Of a stretch of DNA of 64,000 bases, positions 39,232-49,235 are shown in pieces. The DNA comes from an uncultured Spirochaetaceae bacterium (GTDB lineage: Bacteria; Spirochaetota; Spirochaetia; SZUA-6; RPPD01). Both the position numbers and the translations under genes were made by a program. The stretch is from NCBI GenBank assembly GCA_964638895.1, contig CAZWYY010000002.1, forward strand, positions 1,626-65,625, given 5' to 3'. Under the pieces are notes generated by a model. That model was not told the DNA's origin. It did no database searches and saw only the letters and a program-made list of their open reading frames with translations. Position 1 is the first letter of the stretch; each line of letters begins with the position of its first letter.

Positions 39232-39960
39232 ATGGTGAACGTGGCGCCGTTGCTTTCTTCAAGCGCCATACCCAGGATCGCCAAGATCGGACTTGCCCTT
39301 TTCGCCTCGTTGGCGGTGTATCCCTGGGTCAGTACAATGGGGATCACTCTTCCGTCTAATATCGTGGATTACTTTCTGCTGGTAATCGGGGAACTTTTGA
39401 TCGGCGTCATTATCGGTTTTTTCCTGGCCCTCATTTACGTGGCCTTTCAGGTAGCGGGCAGGTTCTTCTCGTTGCAGATGGGGTTCGGCGCCTCCTCGGT
39501 ATTCGATCCCTTGGCACAGATCGAGGTGCCGCTCATGGGCCAGTTATTGAACATCATCGGGATGTTCGCCTTTATTACCATCGGCGGGTTTCAAAAAGTG
39601 TTTTTAACCGGGGTGTATAGGTCATTCAAAGCGATTAAGGCATCGGACCTTGTGGGCGGCAAAGAATTCTTAATGAAATTGTTTGCCGGCAGCCTGGGAA
39701 GCCTGTTCGAAAGCGCGCTAACCATATCGTTCCCCATACTCGGAACACTGTTTCTGGTTTCGGTCTGCATGGGCCTCCTGGCCAAGGCCGCCCCGCAGAT
39801 GAACCTCTTGATGCTGGGGTTTCCCATTGCCATAGGCGTTGCCTATATTATTCTGTTTGTTTCACTGCCGTTTCTGGTGGAGGCGTTTGCCAGGCTTATC
39901 GACGGAAGCTTCCGGCAGTTGATAAAGGTGTACCAGGGCATATTGACGGGGGGATCATGA
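39232..39960 (+). CDS. fliR: Flagellar export-gate protein FliR. The coordinates run from the first ATG, but the conserved N-terminus appears to start about 20 codons upstream, where there is no canonical start codon.
   Basis: The in-frame upstream translation IELYVVQFQIFLLIFVRILAM matches the FliR N-terminus (Bacillus: LFTNFLFIFCRITAF). Only ATA, ATT or CTG codons lie after the AAAGGAGAAAGG ribosome-binding site near 39159-39170. Confidence 0.8.
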   Translation: MVNVAPLLSSSAIPRIAKIGLALFASLAVYPWVSTMGITLPSNIVDYFLLVIGELLIGVIIGFFLALIYVAFQVAGRFFSLQMGFGASSVFDPLAQIEVPLMGQLLNIIGMFAFITIGGFQKVFLTGVYRSFKAIKASDLVGGKEFLMKLFAGSLGSLFESALTISFPILGTLFLVSVCMGLLAKAAPQMNLLMLGFPIAIGVAYIILFVSLPFLVEAFARLIDGSFRQLIKVYQGILTGGS

Positions 39961-41111
39961 TACAGGAGCGGCTGTTCCATACATTTGAGTTGACACTCCC
40001 GCCGCCGGAGCTTAGGCAGGTTCATTTGCAATGGTTCGCGGCCGAGGACGAAGGCAGAACCGAGGAGCCCACAGAGCATAAGCTGCGTAAGGCCAGGGAA
40101 GAGGGCCGTGTGATAAAATCGGCCGAGTTCAGCTCGGCCCTGATTCTGATCGTGGGCATCGGCTCCATCGCCCTGCTGGCAACCTCCCTGTTGCGGACCT
40201 TTGTGGCAATGCTGCGGTATTTTTTGGAGCGTTCTTGTGAACTGGACGTAACGCAGAGCGGCATTACCGTAACCGCAGTATTCACGTTTTTTATCCAGCT
40301 TACCCTGCCCGTCGTGGGAGTGGTGTTTATCGCCGCCCTGATGAGCAATCTCCTGCAGGTGGGGTTCCTGTTTACGGTAAAACCCATAAAACCGGATTTC
40401 AGTAAGATTGTGCCCAGGTTCGGAAAATTTTTCAAACGGGCCATGTTCTCCGCCGAGGCGGGATTCAACCTGTTGAAATCAATGGTCAAGGTGCTGTTGG
40501 TGGGAATACTGGCCTTCCTGAATATACAAGCGGAAATGCCCAAGATCATGAACCTGGTAAAGGTGCACTTTTTCTACGGCGTGGAGCTTATCTCGTCGCT
40601 GGCCTTTAGAATCGTGATCGAGGCCGGTATTCTGTTGCTGCTGCTTTCGATCGCGGATTACATGTTCCAGAGGCGCCTGTACAGGGAGCGGTTGAAGATG
40701 TCGCGCCAAGAGTTGAAGGAAGAACGCAAGATGTATGAAGGCGATCCGCTGGTAAAAAGCCGCCTGCGGGAGCGTATGCGGGAGATAATGACCAGGAATA
40801 TGCTGAAGGCCGTACCCAAGGCGGACGTGGTGATAACCAACCCGACCCATTATGCCGTGGCCCTGGAATGGGAACGGCTTACCATGAGCGCGCCCACGGT
40901 AACGGCCAAGGGTGTGGATATTATCGCGCAAAAGATCAAAGAGATCGCCATGGAAAACGAGGTTCCGGTTATCGAAAACAAGCCGCTTGCCAGGGCGTTA
41001 TACGGTGAGGTTGAAATAGGGGAGGTGATCCCCGAAAAATTCTATGAGGTAATCGCCACCATCCTGGCCGAAATCTATAAACTTAAAGGTTTGGACCGGG
41101 AGGTAATGTAG
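39957..41111 (+). CDS. flhB: Flagellar export-switch protein FlhB.
   Basis: EEPTEHKLRKAREEGRV, four transmembrane helices, and the NPTHYAVAL autocleavage motif. ATGA overlap with fliR. Confidence 0.9.
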   Translation: MIQERLFHTFELTLPPPELRQVHLQWFAAEDEGRTEEPTEHKLRKAREEGRVIKSAEFSSALILIVGIGSIALLATSLLRTFVAMLRYFLERSCELDVTQSGITVTAVFTFFIQLTLPVVGVVFIAALMSNLLQVGFLFTVKPIKPDFSKIVPRFGKFFKRAMFSAEAGFNLLKSMVKVLLVGILAFLNIQAEMPKIMNLVKVHFFYGVELISSLAFRIVIEAGILLLLLSIADYMFQRRLYRERLKMSRQELKEERKMYEGDPLVKSRLRERMREIMTRNMLKAVPKADVVITNPTHYAVALEWERLTMSAPTVTAKGVDIIAQKIKEIAMENEVPVIENKPLARALYGEVEIGEVIPEKFYEVIATILAEIYKLKGLDREVM

Positions 41112-41134
41112 TATGAAAGGATTAGGATACACTC

Positions 41135-43222
41135 ATGGCTGACGTTCCCCAGGTATTAGGATATTTAACCAAGAGAAAAAGCGACCTGGCCATTGCGGCG
41201 GGCGTGATTATGATTGTCCTCATGCTGCTGATCCCGCTGCCCGCCTTTGTTCTTGACACCTTCATGGCGGTGAACCTGGTCTTAAGCCTCCTGGTTATCC
41301 TGATAGTGCTTTTTTCCAGAAAGGTTCTGGATTTCTCGGTCTTCCCCACCATGCTGCTTATCCTCACGGTCTACGGGCTGGCGCTTAACGTATCGTCCAC
41401 CAGGCTTATCTTATCACAGGGCAAGGCCTTCGGCGGGCAGATCGTCAGGGCCTTCGGTGCTTTTGTTACCGGCTCGGCCGAATCGTTTACGGGGTATATA
41501 ATCGGCCTGATCATCTTTATCGTCATCATCGCGGTCCAGTTCATTGTTATTACTAAGGGATCCACCAGGGTTGCCGAGGTTGCCGCCCGGTTCACCCTGG
41601 ACGCGCTGCCCGGAAAGCAGATGGCGATTGAGGCCGAGTACAACTCGGGACTGATCACCGAGGAGGAGGCCACCAGGAGAAAGAACGAGATTCAGCGCGA
41701 GGTTGATTTCTATGGGGCCATGGACGGCGCCTCCAAATTCGTCTCCGGAAACGTAAAGGTCGGCATCTTGATAACCCTGATCAATATGATCGGCGGGCTG
41801 ATCGTGGGTATGACACTGCACGGAGAATCCTGGAGCGACGCGGTGCACACCTATATTTCCCTGACCATAGGTGACGGCCTGGTAACACAACTGCCCACCC
41901 TGTTGATCTCCACGGCAACCGGTATTATCGTCACCCGCGCAGTTTCGGACGCAACCTTCGGTTCCGACGTGACCTCCCAGTTTTCCAACCAGGCAAAACC
42001 CTACCTGGTGGGTACGGTTTTCCTGCTGCTTATGGGCTTTCTGCCGGGATTCCCCTGGTACGTACTCTGGCCCCTCTCCGGCCTGTTCGGATTTCTGGCA
42101 TACATCCTTTCGCGCAACATCATGGTCAAGGAAGAGAAGGTAAAACTCAAAGAGGCCTCGGAGCAGGAACACCGTGCCCCCACGGAGATATCGCCGGTGG
42201 TGCCCCTTGATCCACTTTCCCTGGAACTGGGTTACGGACTCATTCCCCTGGTGGATAAGGAGCACGGCGCCGAACTCTTGGACCGGATAACCAGAATCAG
42301 AAGGGAATCGGCGCTGGATCTGGGTCTGGTTGTGCCCAGGATACGGATAATCGACAATATGCGCCTGGACCCGCCGGAATACTGCTTTAAGATCAAGGGT
42401 GTGGAGGTGGGCAGGGGCAAGATCCGCATGGGACGCTACCTGGCAATCAACCCCAGCGGTGAAAAGGAGCAGCTTGCGGGAGAGAAGACTTTTGATCCGA
42501 CCTTCGGGCTGCCCGCGGTATGGATTGCGGAGGAGCAGCGGGACAAGGCTGAGCAGTTGGGGTACACCGTAGTAGACCCGCCCTCGATTATCGCCACCCA
42601 TCTTACCGAAATTATAAAACAGCACGCCGAGGAACTGTTGGGCAGGCAGGAGGTTCAGTCAATCTTAGATACACTGCGCTCGGATTACCCGGCGGTTGTG
42701 GATGACGTGCTTAAGACAATGAACGTGGGCGAGATTCAGAAGGTGCTTCAGGGATTATTAAAGGAGCAGGTTTCCATCAGGAATATCGTGGCGATACTGG
42801 AAACCCTGGCGGATTTTGCGCCGGTAACCAAGGATATAAGCTATCTGATGGAAAAGGCGCGCCAGGCCTTGGGGAGGCAGATATGCCTGCAGTACGCCGA
42901 TGAGAAGCGGATGTTGCACGTGCTTACCATCGATCCGGAACTGGAAAAGCGGATTATTGATTCCAGGGTGGAAACCGGTACCGGCATAAGCGCGGCCCTG
43001 GAGCCGGCCTTACAGCGAAAGTGGATTAATGCCTGCCTGAATACCGTAAAGGCGGTGCAGGAAAGGGGGCTTCTGCCGGTGGTGCTCTGCTCAGAGGCCG
43101 CCCGTCCCCTGGTAAAGGACAGCACCAAAAGGGAGCTTCCGCAGCTTACGGTAATATCGGTCCCGGAAATAGTCACCGAAGTATCGGTGGAATCCGTGGG
43201 CACAATTTCAATCAGTGAGTAA
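41135..43222 (+). CDS. flhA: Flagellar export-gate protein FlhA.
   Basis: 695 aa, with an eight-transmembrane N-terminal domain and a large cytoplasmic C-terminal domain. Confidence 0.95.
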   Translation: MADVPQVLGYLTKRKSDLAIAAGVIMIVLMLLIPLPAFVLDTFMAVNLVLSLLVILIVLFSRKVLDFSVFPTMLLILTVYGLALNVSSTRLILSQGKAFGGQIVRAFGAFVTGSAESFTGYIIGLIIFIVIIAVQFIVITKGSTRVAEVAARFTLDALPGKQMAIEAEYNSGLITEEEATRRKNEIQREVDFYGAMDGASKFVSGNVKVGILITLINMIGGLIVGMTLHGESWSDAVHTYISLTIGDGLVTQLPTLLISTATGIIVTRAVSDATFGSDVTSQFSNQAKPYLVGTVFLLLMGFLPGFPWYVLWPLSGLFGFLAYILSRNIMVKEEKVKLKEASEQEHRAPTEISPVVPLDPLSLELGYGLIPLVDKEHGAELLDRITRIRRESALDLGLVVPRIRIIDNMRLDPPEYCFKIKGVEVGRGKIRMGRYLAINPSGEKEQLAGEKTFDPTFGLPAVWIAEEQRDKAEQLGYTVVDPPSIIATHLTEIIKQHAEELLGRQEVQSILDTLRSDYPAVVDDVLKTMNVGEIQKVLQGLLKEQVSIRNIVAILETLADFAPVTKDISYLMEKARQALGRQICLQYADEKRMLHVLTIDPELEKRIIDSRVETGTGISAALEPALQRKWINACLNTVKAVQERGLLPVVLCSEAARPLVKDSTKRELPQLTVISVPEIVTEVSVESVGTISISE

Positions 43223-44420
43223 AGGGAGTAGGATAATGCAATATTTTACCATTCAGGCATACAATCACCGGGAGGCAATCGACAAGATGAGGCTGCAGTA
43301 CGGTGAGAACGGCAAGATACTCACTTACCGGAACATCCGCCTGGGGGGCATACTGGGTTTTTTTTCCCGGGAAGGGGTGGAGATCACAGGTTATATCGCG
43401 GAAAACAGCACCGGCAAAAAAATAAACATCCAGGACGAAAAGGCCAAAATCCTGGAAACCGCGAAGAAAGAGCAGACACTGAATTACATACTTAAGGAGT
43501 TGAAGGAGCTGAAATACGATATCGGAAAAACGGTGGCCCCCATCCGGCAGAACCCCCCTGCTATTGAAAAGATCAAGGAAATATTATACGAAAACGATTT
43601 CTCACCCGAGTATGTAAAACAAATTATTGAAAAGATGAAAAACGGCTTTTCGATAATGGAGCTGGAAAATATAAACAAGCTTCAGGGCAGTTTGGTGGAC
43701 TGGATCGGTGAAAGCTTTACCGTATTTGAAGACCCGGAACAGGAGTCGAAAAAACCGAGGATCATAACGATCATCGGTCCAACGGGTGTCGGTAAAACAA
43801 CCACAGTAGCAAAGCTTGCCGCACTCTACGGTTTAAAAAGCAATGGGCATAAGCCCCTGAGCGTCAGGATAATCACCATAGACAACTACCGGATAGGGGC
43901 CAAGCAGCAGATTGAGACATACGGTGATATCATGCGAATACCGGTGTCCTTCGCCGAAACAACGGCCGATCTAAAAAAGCTTGTCGCACTGTACAGCGAC
44001 GTGGATATCATCCTGATAGATACCATCGGTAAAAGCCAGAAGGATTATAAAAAACTGGGGGAGATGAAGGAGCTTTTGGAAGCTTGCGGGAAACATACGG
44101 ACACCTTTCTGGCGGTCAGCGCAACCACAAAATACAAGGACCTGGAAGAGATTTTCCAACAGTATGAGCCGTTCAAGTACGCATCGGTTATCATAACCAA
44201 GCTTGACGAGACTTCACAAATAGGTAATATCATAAGTATATTGGCGGGGAAGCGGAAGTCGGCGGTGTTTGTTACGGACGGGCAGAAGGTCCCGCAGGAT
44301 ATCGAGAAGGCAACCGTAATGCGTTTCCTGATGCAGCTTGAAGGCCTGCGGATAAACAGGGACTACCTGGAAAAAAAATACGGTAAGCGCGATAAAGTTT
44401 TAAATGAGGCGTGGAGTTAA
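43215..44420 (+). CDS. flhF: Flagellar SRP-type GTPase FlhF.
   Basis: IIGPTGVGKTTTVAKLAA and DTIGKSQKD G-motifs. Confidence 0.85.
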   Translation: MSKGSRIMQYFTIQAYNHREAIDKMRLQYGENGKILTYRNIRLGGILGFFSREGVEITGYIAENSTGKKINIQDEKAKILETAKKEQTLNYILKELKELKYDIGKTVAPIRQNPPAIEKIKEILYENDFSPEYVKQIIEKMKNGFSIMELENINKLQGSLVDWIGESFTVFEDPEQESKKPRIITIIGPTGVGKTTTVAKLAALYGLKSNGHKPLSVRIITIDNYRIGAKQQIETYGDIMRIPVSFAETTADLKKLVALYSDVDIILIDTIGKSQKDYKKLGEMKELLEACGKHTDTFLAVSATTKYKDLEEIFQQYEPFKYASVIITKLDETSQIGNIISILAGKRKSAVFVTDGQKVPQDIEKATVMRFLMQLEGLRINRDYLEKKYGKRDKVLNEAWS

Positions 44421-44423
44421 CAG

Positions 44424-45281
44424 ATGGCGGATCAGGCGGAAAAATTAAGAGAGCTCATGCAGAATAAAAACGGAAATCATCGCTCGGCGACAAGGATCAT
44501 AACGGTGTCAAGCGGGAAGGGCGGCGTGGGCAAGACCAATATCGCCATAAATCTGGCCCTGGCTTATGCTGAAATGGGGAAAAAGGTTACGGTTATGGAT
44601 GCCGACCTGGGTTTGGCCAATGTCAACGTTGTGCTGGGTGTCATTCCAAAATACAACCTCTACCATGTAATCAGGCAGCAGAAAAAAATGAAGGATATTA
44701 TCATGGATACCAATTTCGGTATAAAGATAGTTGCGGGCGCCTCGGGATTTTCAAAAATCGCTAATCTGACCGAGGATGAGCGCAATATTTTTATACGGGA
44801 GCTGGATGAACTGGCCAACGCGGACATCATAATTATCGATACCGGTGCGGGTGTATCGAACAATGTTATCTCGTTTGTCGCGGCCGCCGATGACGTGATT
44901 ATCGTTACCACACCGGAGCCCACCGCCATTACGGACGCATACGGTATTATCAAAATAATCGCCACGGAGATTGAAAACCTTGATTTGGGCCTGAAACTGG
45001 TTGTAAACAGGGTCGGCTCGGTGCTGGAAGGGAAAAAGGTGGCTACCCGTGTCATCTCTATCGCCAGTAATTTTTTAAACATCAAGGTCGATTACCTGGG
45101 ATTTGTTTATAACGATAAGCTGGTGCATAACGCGGTTATCAAGCAAAAGCCGTTCTTTGCCATTGATCCCCACAGTAAGGCCTCAATCTGCATAAAGCAC
45201 ATCATCGGCCGGCTGGAGAATATAGAATACCGCGAGGGGAGGGGCATATCGCGTTTCTTGAAAAAACTCTTCGGCAACTGA
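44424..45281 (+). CDS. flhG: MinD-like ATPase FlhG (YlxH/FleN).
   Basis: Deviant Walker A motif [11 protein letters not shown], in the position after flhF. Confidence 0.85.
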   Translation: MADQAEKLRELMQNKNGNHRSATRIITVSSGKGGVGKTNIAINLALAYAEMGKKVTVMDADLGLANVNVVLGVIPKYNLYHVIRQQKKMKDIIMDTNFGIKIVAGASGFSKIANLTEDERNIFIRELDELANADIIIIDTGAGVSNNVISFVAAADDVIIVTTPEPTAITDAYGIIKIIATEIENLDLGLKLVVNRVGSVLEGKKVATRVISIASNFLNIKVDYLGFVYNDKLVHNAVIKQKPFFAIDPHSKASICIKHIIGRLENIEYREGRGISRFLKKLFGN

Positions 45282-45295
45282 ATGGGAAGGTATTA

Positions 45296-45336
45296 GGCCG
45301 TCGGCATCTTGACGGCCGGGGCTTTTTCTCATAAGC
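45296..45336 (+). terminator. Hairpin plus short T-run after flhG. Possibly a partial terminator or attenuator.
   Basis: GGCCGTC-ggcatctt-GACGGCC followed by GGGGCTTTTT. Confidence 0.3.
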
Positions 45337-45359
45337 TTTAAAGAGGAGTAGAGAAGAAA

Positions 45360-46175
45360 ATGATACGGTGGAACATGGCTATATATGCCGGAATCGGGGC
45401 ATTTGTTCTCTCTTTCCTGGTGGGAATAATCAGCGGAAATCCGTTTTTTACCATATTACTACGCGCAATACTATTTGGTGCGATATTTTGCGGCCTGGGC
45501 GCGGCGGCAAGTTATCTGTTAAACAGGTTTACGCCCGAATTATTCAATCCCGAAGAGCATGCCCAGGAACAGGATGAAACGCGGGAGAATATCGACATCG
45601 TGCTTCCCGAAGAAACACCCGGTATAGGAGAATCATTAATTGAAGAAGGCGAGGACAGCGAGGCCGCCCTGGAACTTGAAAACGCGGAAGAGAACAGGGA
45701 GCAAGACCGGGAGTTTTTATCCGACGATGTCACATCATCCGCGGAAGATGAGCAGCCGGAAGCCGAACAGGATGAATATCCTGATGTCATCAGGGAAGAA
45801 ATACCCGCTGCCGCAGAACCGGAATCACAAGAACAGGAACAGGAACAGGAACCTGAAGAACCGCTTATGACAAGCGATACTGAAACGGAAATGCAGGAAG
45901 ACGATGTAGCCACGGGCCCGCATGAGCAACCTGCGGAAAACCTGCGGCAGGGCATTAAGGACGACGAGATTGACGAGCTTCCGGATATGGGCGTTCTGGA
46001 GAACTCGTTTCTGGTGTTGAAAAACGATGATTCGCGTGAGAGCAAGGCGTTTCCCGAGGTGCATACGCGGAAGGGCAAACCGGACATAAAAAATCAGGAT
46101 CCGCAGGTATACGCACAAGCCGTGCGCACCATAATTAAAAGAGATGAGGAAGGACCGAAAAAGTATGGCCGATGA
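45360..46175 (+). CDS. Hypothetical membrane-anchored protein (two transmembrane helices) with a highly acidic, low-complexity cytoplasmic tail. It overlaps the start of fliA.
   Basis: Two N-terminal transmembrane helices, followed by an E/D/Q-rich region that includes [12 protein letters not shown]. The 3' end overlaps the fliA start, which suggests translational coupling. Confidence 0.5.
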   Translation: MIRWNMAIYAGIGAFVLSFLVGIISGNPFFTILLRAILFGAIFCGLGAAASYLLNRFTPELFNPEEHAQEQDETRENIDIVLPEETPGIGESLIEEGEDSEAALELENAEENREQDREFLSDDVTSSAEDEQPEAEQDEYPDVIREEIPAAAEPESQEQEQEQEPEEPLMTSDTETEMQEDDVATGPHEQPAENLRQGIKDDEIDELPDMGVLENSFLVLKNDDSRESKAFPEVHTRKGKPDIKNQDPQVYAQAVRTIIKRDEEGPKKYGR

Positions 46176-46953
46176 GGTTTTTAAAAAAAAATCCGAAGAA
46201 GAGCTTTGGAGGGCTTACAGAAAATCAAAGGATCCGCATATACGTGATTTTTTTATAAAGCAATACGCCCCCCTGGTAAAGTATGTGGCGGGCAAGGTGG
46301 CCATCGGTATGCCCCAAAACGTTGAGTTTGAAGATCTTGTGGGCTATGGTGTATTCGGCCTTTTTGACGCCATTGACAAATTTGACCCGGATAAACACGT
46401 GAAATTTAAAACATATGCGGTAACCCGTATTCGCGGTTCGATATTCGACGAACTGCGCTCCATAGACTGGGTTCCGCGCTCGGTCAGACAAAAGACAAGG
46501 GAGGTGGAAGACACCATATCTCACCTGGAAGGGCAGTTGGGCCGCGCGGCCTCCGACAACGAGATTGCCAAGGCCATGAATATATCGACCGATGATTACC
46601 AGGATCTGATGTTAAAGATTAGCGGCACGTCAATCATGTCCATCCATGATATCTGGTATACGGGTGAGGATAACGACAAAATATCGATCGCCGAAAGCAT
46701 TGAATCACCCTCCAGCCTTAATCCGGATACGATTGTTGAAAAAAACGAGATAAAACGGGTTATTATAGAAGCAATCAATGAACTGCCGGAAAAAGAGAAA
46801 AAAGTTCTTGTCCTTTACTATTATGAGGACTTAACTTTAAAGGAGATAGGCGAGGTGCTGGAGGTTACGGAATCCCGGGTATCGCAGCTGCATACAAAGG
46901 CAATTCTGCGCCTGCGGGCCAAACTTACAAGCCTGAAAAAAGGAATAATGTAG
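46165..46953 (+). CDS. fliA: Flagellar sigma factor FliA (sigma-28, SigD/WhiG family).
   Basis: Region 2 ([11 protein letters not shown]...[21 protein letters not shown]) and a region-4 helix-turn-helix ([29 protein letters not shown]). The ATG at about 46165 follows a GAGGAAGGA ribosome-binding site. Confidence 0.9.
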   Translation: MADEVFKKKSEEELWRAYRKSKDPHIRDFFIKQYAPLVKYVAGKVAIGMPQNVEFEDLVGYGVFGLFDAIDKFDPDKHVKFKTYAVTRIRGSIFDELRSIDWVPRSVRQKTREVEDTISHLEGQLGRAASDNEIAKAMNISTDDYQDLMLKISGTSIMSIHDIWYTGEDNDKISIAESIESPSSLNPDTIVEKNEIKRVIIEAINELPEKEKKVLVLYYYEDLTLKEIGEVLEVTESRVSQLHTKAILRLRAKLTSLKKGIM

Positions 46954-46954
46954 T

Positions 46955-48904
46955 ATGGTCAAACTGGATCAACTGCGAAAATTCATGAAAACCCTTTATA
47001 AGCAGGATATGAACAACAAGAGTATCCATGCCAGGGGAAGGACATTAGATGAAGCCCTGCGTGAAGCGGCCATACAGTTGGGGCTGCCGGTAAAAAAACT
47101 GGATTATGAAATAGTCAGACGCGGCAGTAAAAAGGTAATGGGTCTGGGAGGCGGAGATTGGGAGATAATCGCGTATGCCGCGGGGCTGGGTGTCGACGCC
47201 AAGGACATGTTTGACGAGGATCTGATATTCGGGCAGAAACTGGATACCGATTTTGCCGATCAAAACAAAAACAGAGACGGGAAGATAAGCGTGCGCCTGC
47301 AGCCGGACGGGGTATTTTTAAAGGTGACAAAACCGATCGGAAACGGGAAAAAAGCCAATATCGTCACGGCCAAAAATCTGATAATGAAGAGGAACATCGG
47401 CCATTATAATGAGGAACTGGTGGAAAAAGTAGTACGATATGCAGACGATAAATACGTAAAAATAGCGAATTATGAATATGTTCCCGCCCATGACCCGGTT
47501 ATGTCGGTGAGTATCGCCGATATGGAGATGAAAGCGTACCTGCTGCTGCAGGCGCCCAGACCCGGCGGCGCCGATCTGACCGCCGAAAGCATCAGAAACT
47601 ATCTGAAGAACAACAGGGTCGTGTTCGGCATAAAAGAAGGTGTGCTTACCACATTGGAGGAAAACCCGATTTATAATGAAGAGATACTGGTTGCCGAAGG
47701 CCAAAAACAGGTAAACGGTAATGACGCCAAGATTGTGTATAATTTTAATACTGATCACTCCACAATCATCCTGAAAGAAAAAAACGGACGCGTTGATTTT
47801 AAAGACCTGAATCTGATCGAAAACGTGGTTGCGGGGCAGCAGATAGCCAAAAAAATACCCCCGGAAAGGGGCAAAGACGGGCAGACAATAACAGGGAAAA
47901 CTATGCCCGCCAAAGCCGGCAAGGATATGGCAATAAACGTGGGCAAGAATGTAAAGCTTTCCGAGGACGGCACAACCGCAATATCGGAGATCAACGGTCA
48001 GGTCATCATTTTAAACGGTAAATTAAATGTTGAGCCCGTGTATACGGTACCAGGAGACGTAAACCTGCATACCGGTAACATACTTTTTCTGGGAACGGTT
48101 ATTGTGCGGGGAAACGTGGAAGACGGGTTTTCGGTCAAGGCAGCGGGCAATATTGAGGTCATGGGAAATGTGGGCAAGGCCGTGCTCGACGCCGAGGGTG
48201 ATATCATCGTGCACCAGGGTGTGTTGGGCAAAAACGAGGGCAAGGTGCGCTGTGGCAAAAATTTGTACGCCAAATTCGTTGAACACGCCTATATTGAAGT
48301 GGAGAACAATGTGATTGTAACCGACGGAATCCTGCATTCGTATGTCGATTCCAATAAAAAGATTATCTGCCAGGGAAGAAGGGCCTCAATCGTGGGTGGA
48401 AGGCTGCGCGCGGCCGAGGAGATTAATGCCAAGAACCTGGGGTCCGTGGCCGGTGCGGAAACCGTGCTGGAGGTGGGGTATGATCCTAAAAGTAAGGAAA
48501 AACTTATAGAACTGAATTCGGCCATCGACAACTTCAATAAGGAAATGGAGGAGCTGGAACGCAACATCAATACACTTGAAAATCTTAAAAAAGTGCAGAA
48601 GAACCTGCCTGAGGAAAAAGAGAAATACCTCGTAGAGCTGAACGAAAAACGCATGAAAATTCTTACGGAAATGAAAGAGTTAAAAACACAGGCTGAGGAA
48701 ATAAAACGCCACCTGGCCTCACTCAAGATAAAAGGCAAGATATCCGCGTCCGAACGCGTGTTCCCTGGTGTGAAGATCTATTTGAAGGATGTGATGGACA
48801 AGGTAAGGGTTGAACAAAAGGCGGTAACCTATGTTCTGGAAGGAAAGCGAATCAGGATGACCAAATATGAACCTGTGGAAGGCGAGTATTTAAGGAGACG
48901 GTAA
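46955..48904 (+). CDS. FapA/DUF342-like protein with an N-terminal Jag-N-like domain and a C-terminal coiled coil.
   Basis: N-terminal GRTLDEALREAAIQLGLPVKKLDYEIV resembles Jag_N. The centre has beta-solenoid repeats (GNILFLGTVIVRGNVEDGFSVKAAGNIEVMGNVGKAVLDAEGDIIVHQGVLG). The coiled-coil tail is KE-rich. It lies immediately downstream of fliA. Confidence 0.65.
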   Translation: MVKLDQLRKFMKTLYKQDMNNKSIHARGRTLDEALREAAIQLGLPVKKLDYEIVRRGSKKVMGLGGGDWEIIAYAAGLGVDAKDMFDEDLIFGQKLDTDFADQNKNRDGKISVRLQPDGVFLKVTKPIGNGKKANIVTAKNLIMKRNIGHYNEELVEKVVRYADDKYVKIANYEYVPAHDPVMSVSIADMEMKAYLLLQAPRPGGADLTAESIRNYLKNNRVVFGIKEGVLTTLEENPIYNEEILVAEGQKQVNGNDAKIVYNFNTDHSTIILKEKNGRVDFKDLNLIENVVAGQQIAKKIPPERGKDGQTITGKTMPAKAGKDMAINVGKNVKLSEDGTTAISEINGQVIILNGKLNVEPVYTVPGDVNLHTGNILFLGTVIVRGNVEDGFSVKAAGNIEVMGNVGKAVLDAEGDIIVHQGVLGKNEGKVRCGKNLYAKFVEHAYIEVENNVIVTDGILHSYVDSNKKIICQGRRASIVGGRLRAAEEINAKNLGSVAGAETVLEVGYDPKSKEKLIELNSAIDNFNKEMEELERNINTLENLKKVQKNLPEEKEKYLVELNEKRMKILTEMKELKTQAEEIKRHLASLKIKGKISASERVFPGVKIYLKDVMDKVRVEQKAVTYVLEGKRIRMTKYEPVEGEYLRRR

Positions 48905-49224
48905 TGTCGGTGCTTCCCATCGATATGCAGATTCTTTTTTCTCAGATGAATCAGGTGGGGAAAGAACAGGCCATACAGAAAGAAGGAAACGCAATACACC
49001 AGTCGCTGCAGGGAATGGAACTGGTTAAAACCACGGAGCAGCAGGACAACTCCGTGAACCAGAGCAAGGAAGTGGGCAACGGCGTGGAAAGATTAAAAAA
49101 TAGCGAGAAAAAAAAACAGGAAGAACGGGAAAAAGAAAAACAGGAAAAAGAAAAAAGAGCACAGCAAAAGAAGGCGGTGTTTGCTGATCCTGACCTGGGA
49201 AATAATATCGACATATTGGGGTAA
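48904..49224 (+). CDS. Hypothetical small Q/K/E-rich protein.
   Basis: 106 aa, start overlapping the previous stop. The C-terminal half is charged low-complexity sequence. No recognisable FlgM signature. Confidence 0.4.
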   Translation: MSVLPIDMQILFSQMNQVGKEQAIQKEGNAIHQSLQGMELVKTTEQQDNSVNQSKEVGNGVERLKNSEKKKQEEREKEKQEKEKRAQQKKAVFADPDLGNNIDILG

Positions 49225-49235
49225 CCGGCGTAATC

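Noticed and set aside
41414-42625. 403-aa minus-strand ORF inside flhA.
   Set aside because: Antisense to flhA (695 aa, unmistakable). Gly/Arg-rich low complexity.
48904-49224. The 106-aa ORF after the FapA-like gene as the anti-sigma-28 factor FlgM.
   Set aside because: The C-terminus lacks the FlgM sigma-binding helix pattern (..IK.AI.NGEYKVD...IA). It is a K/E/Q low-complexity tail, so no FlgM call is made.
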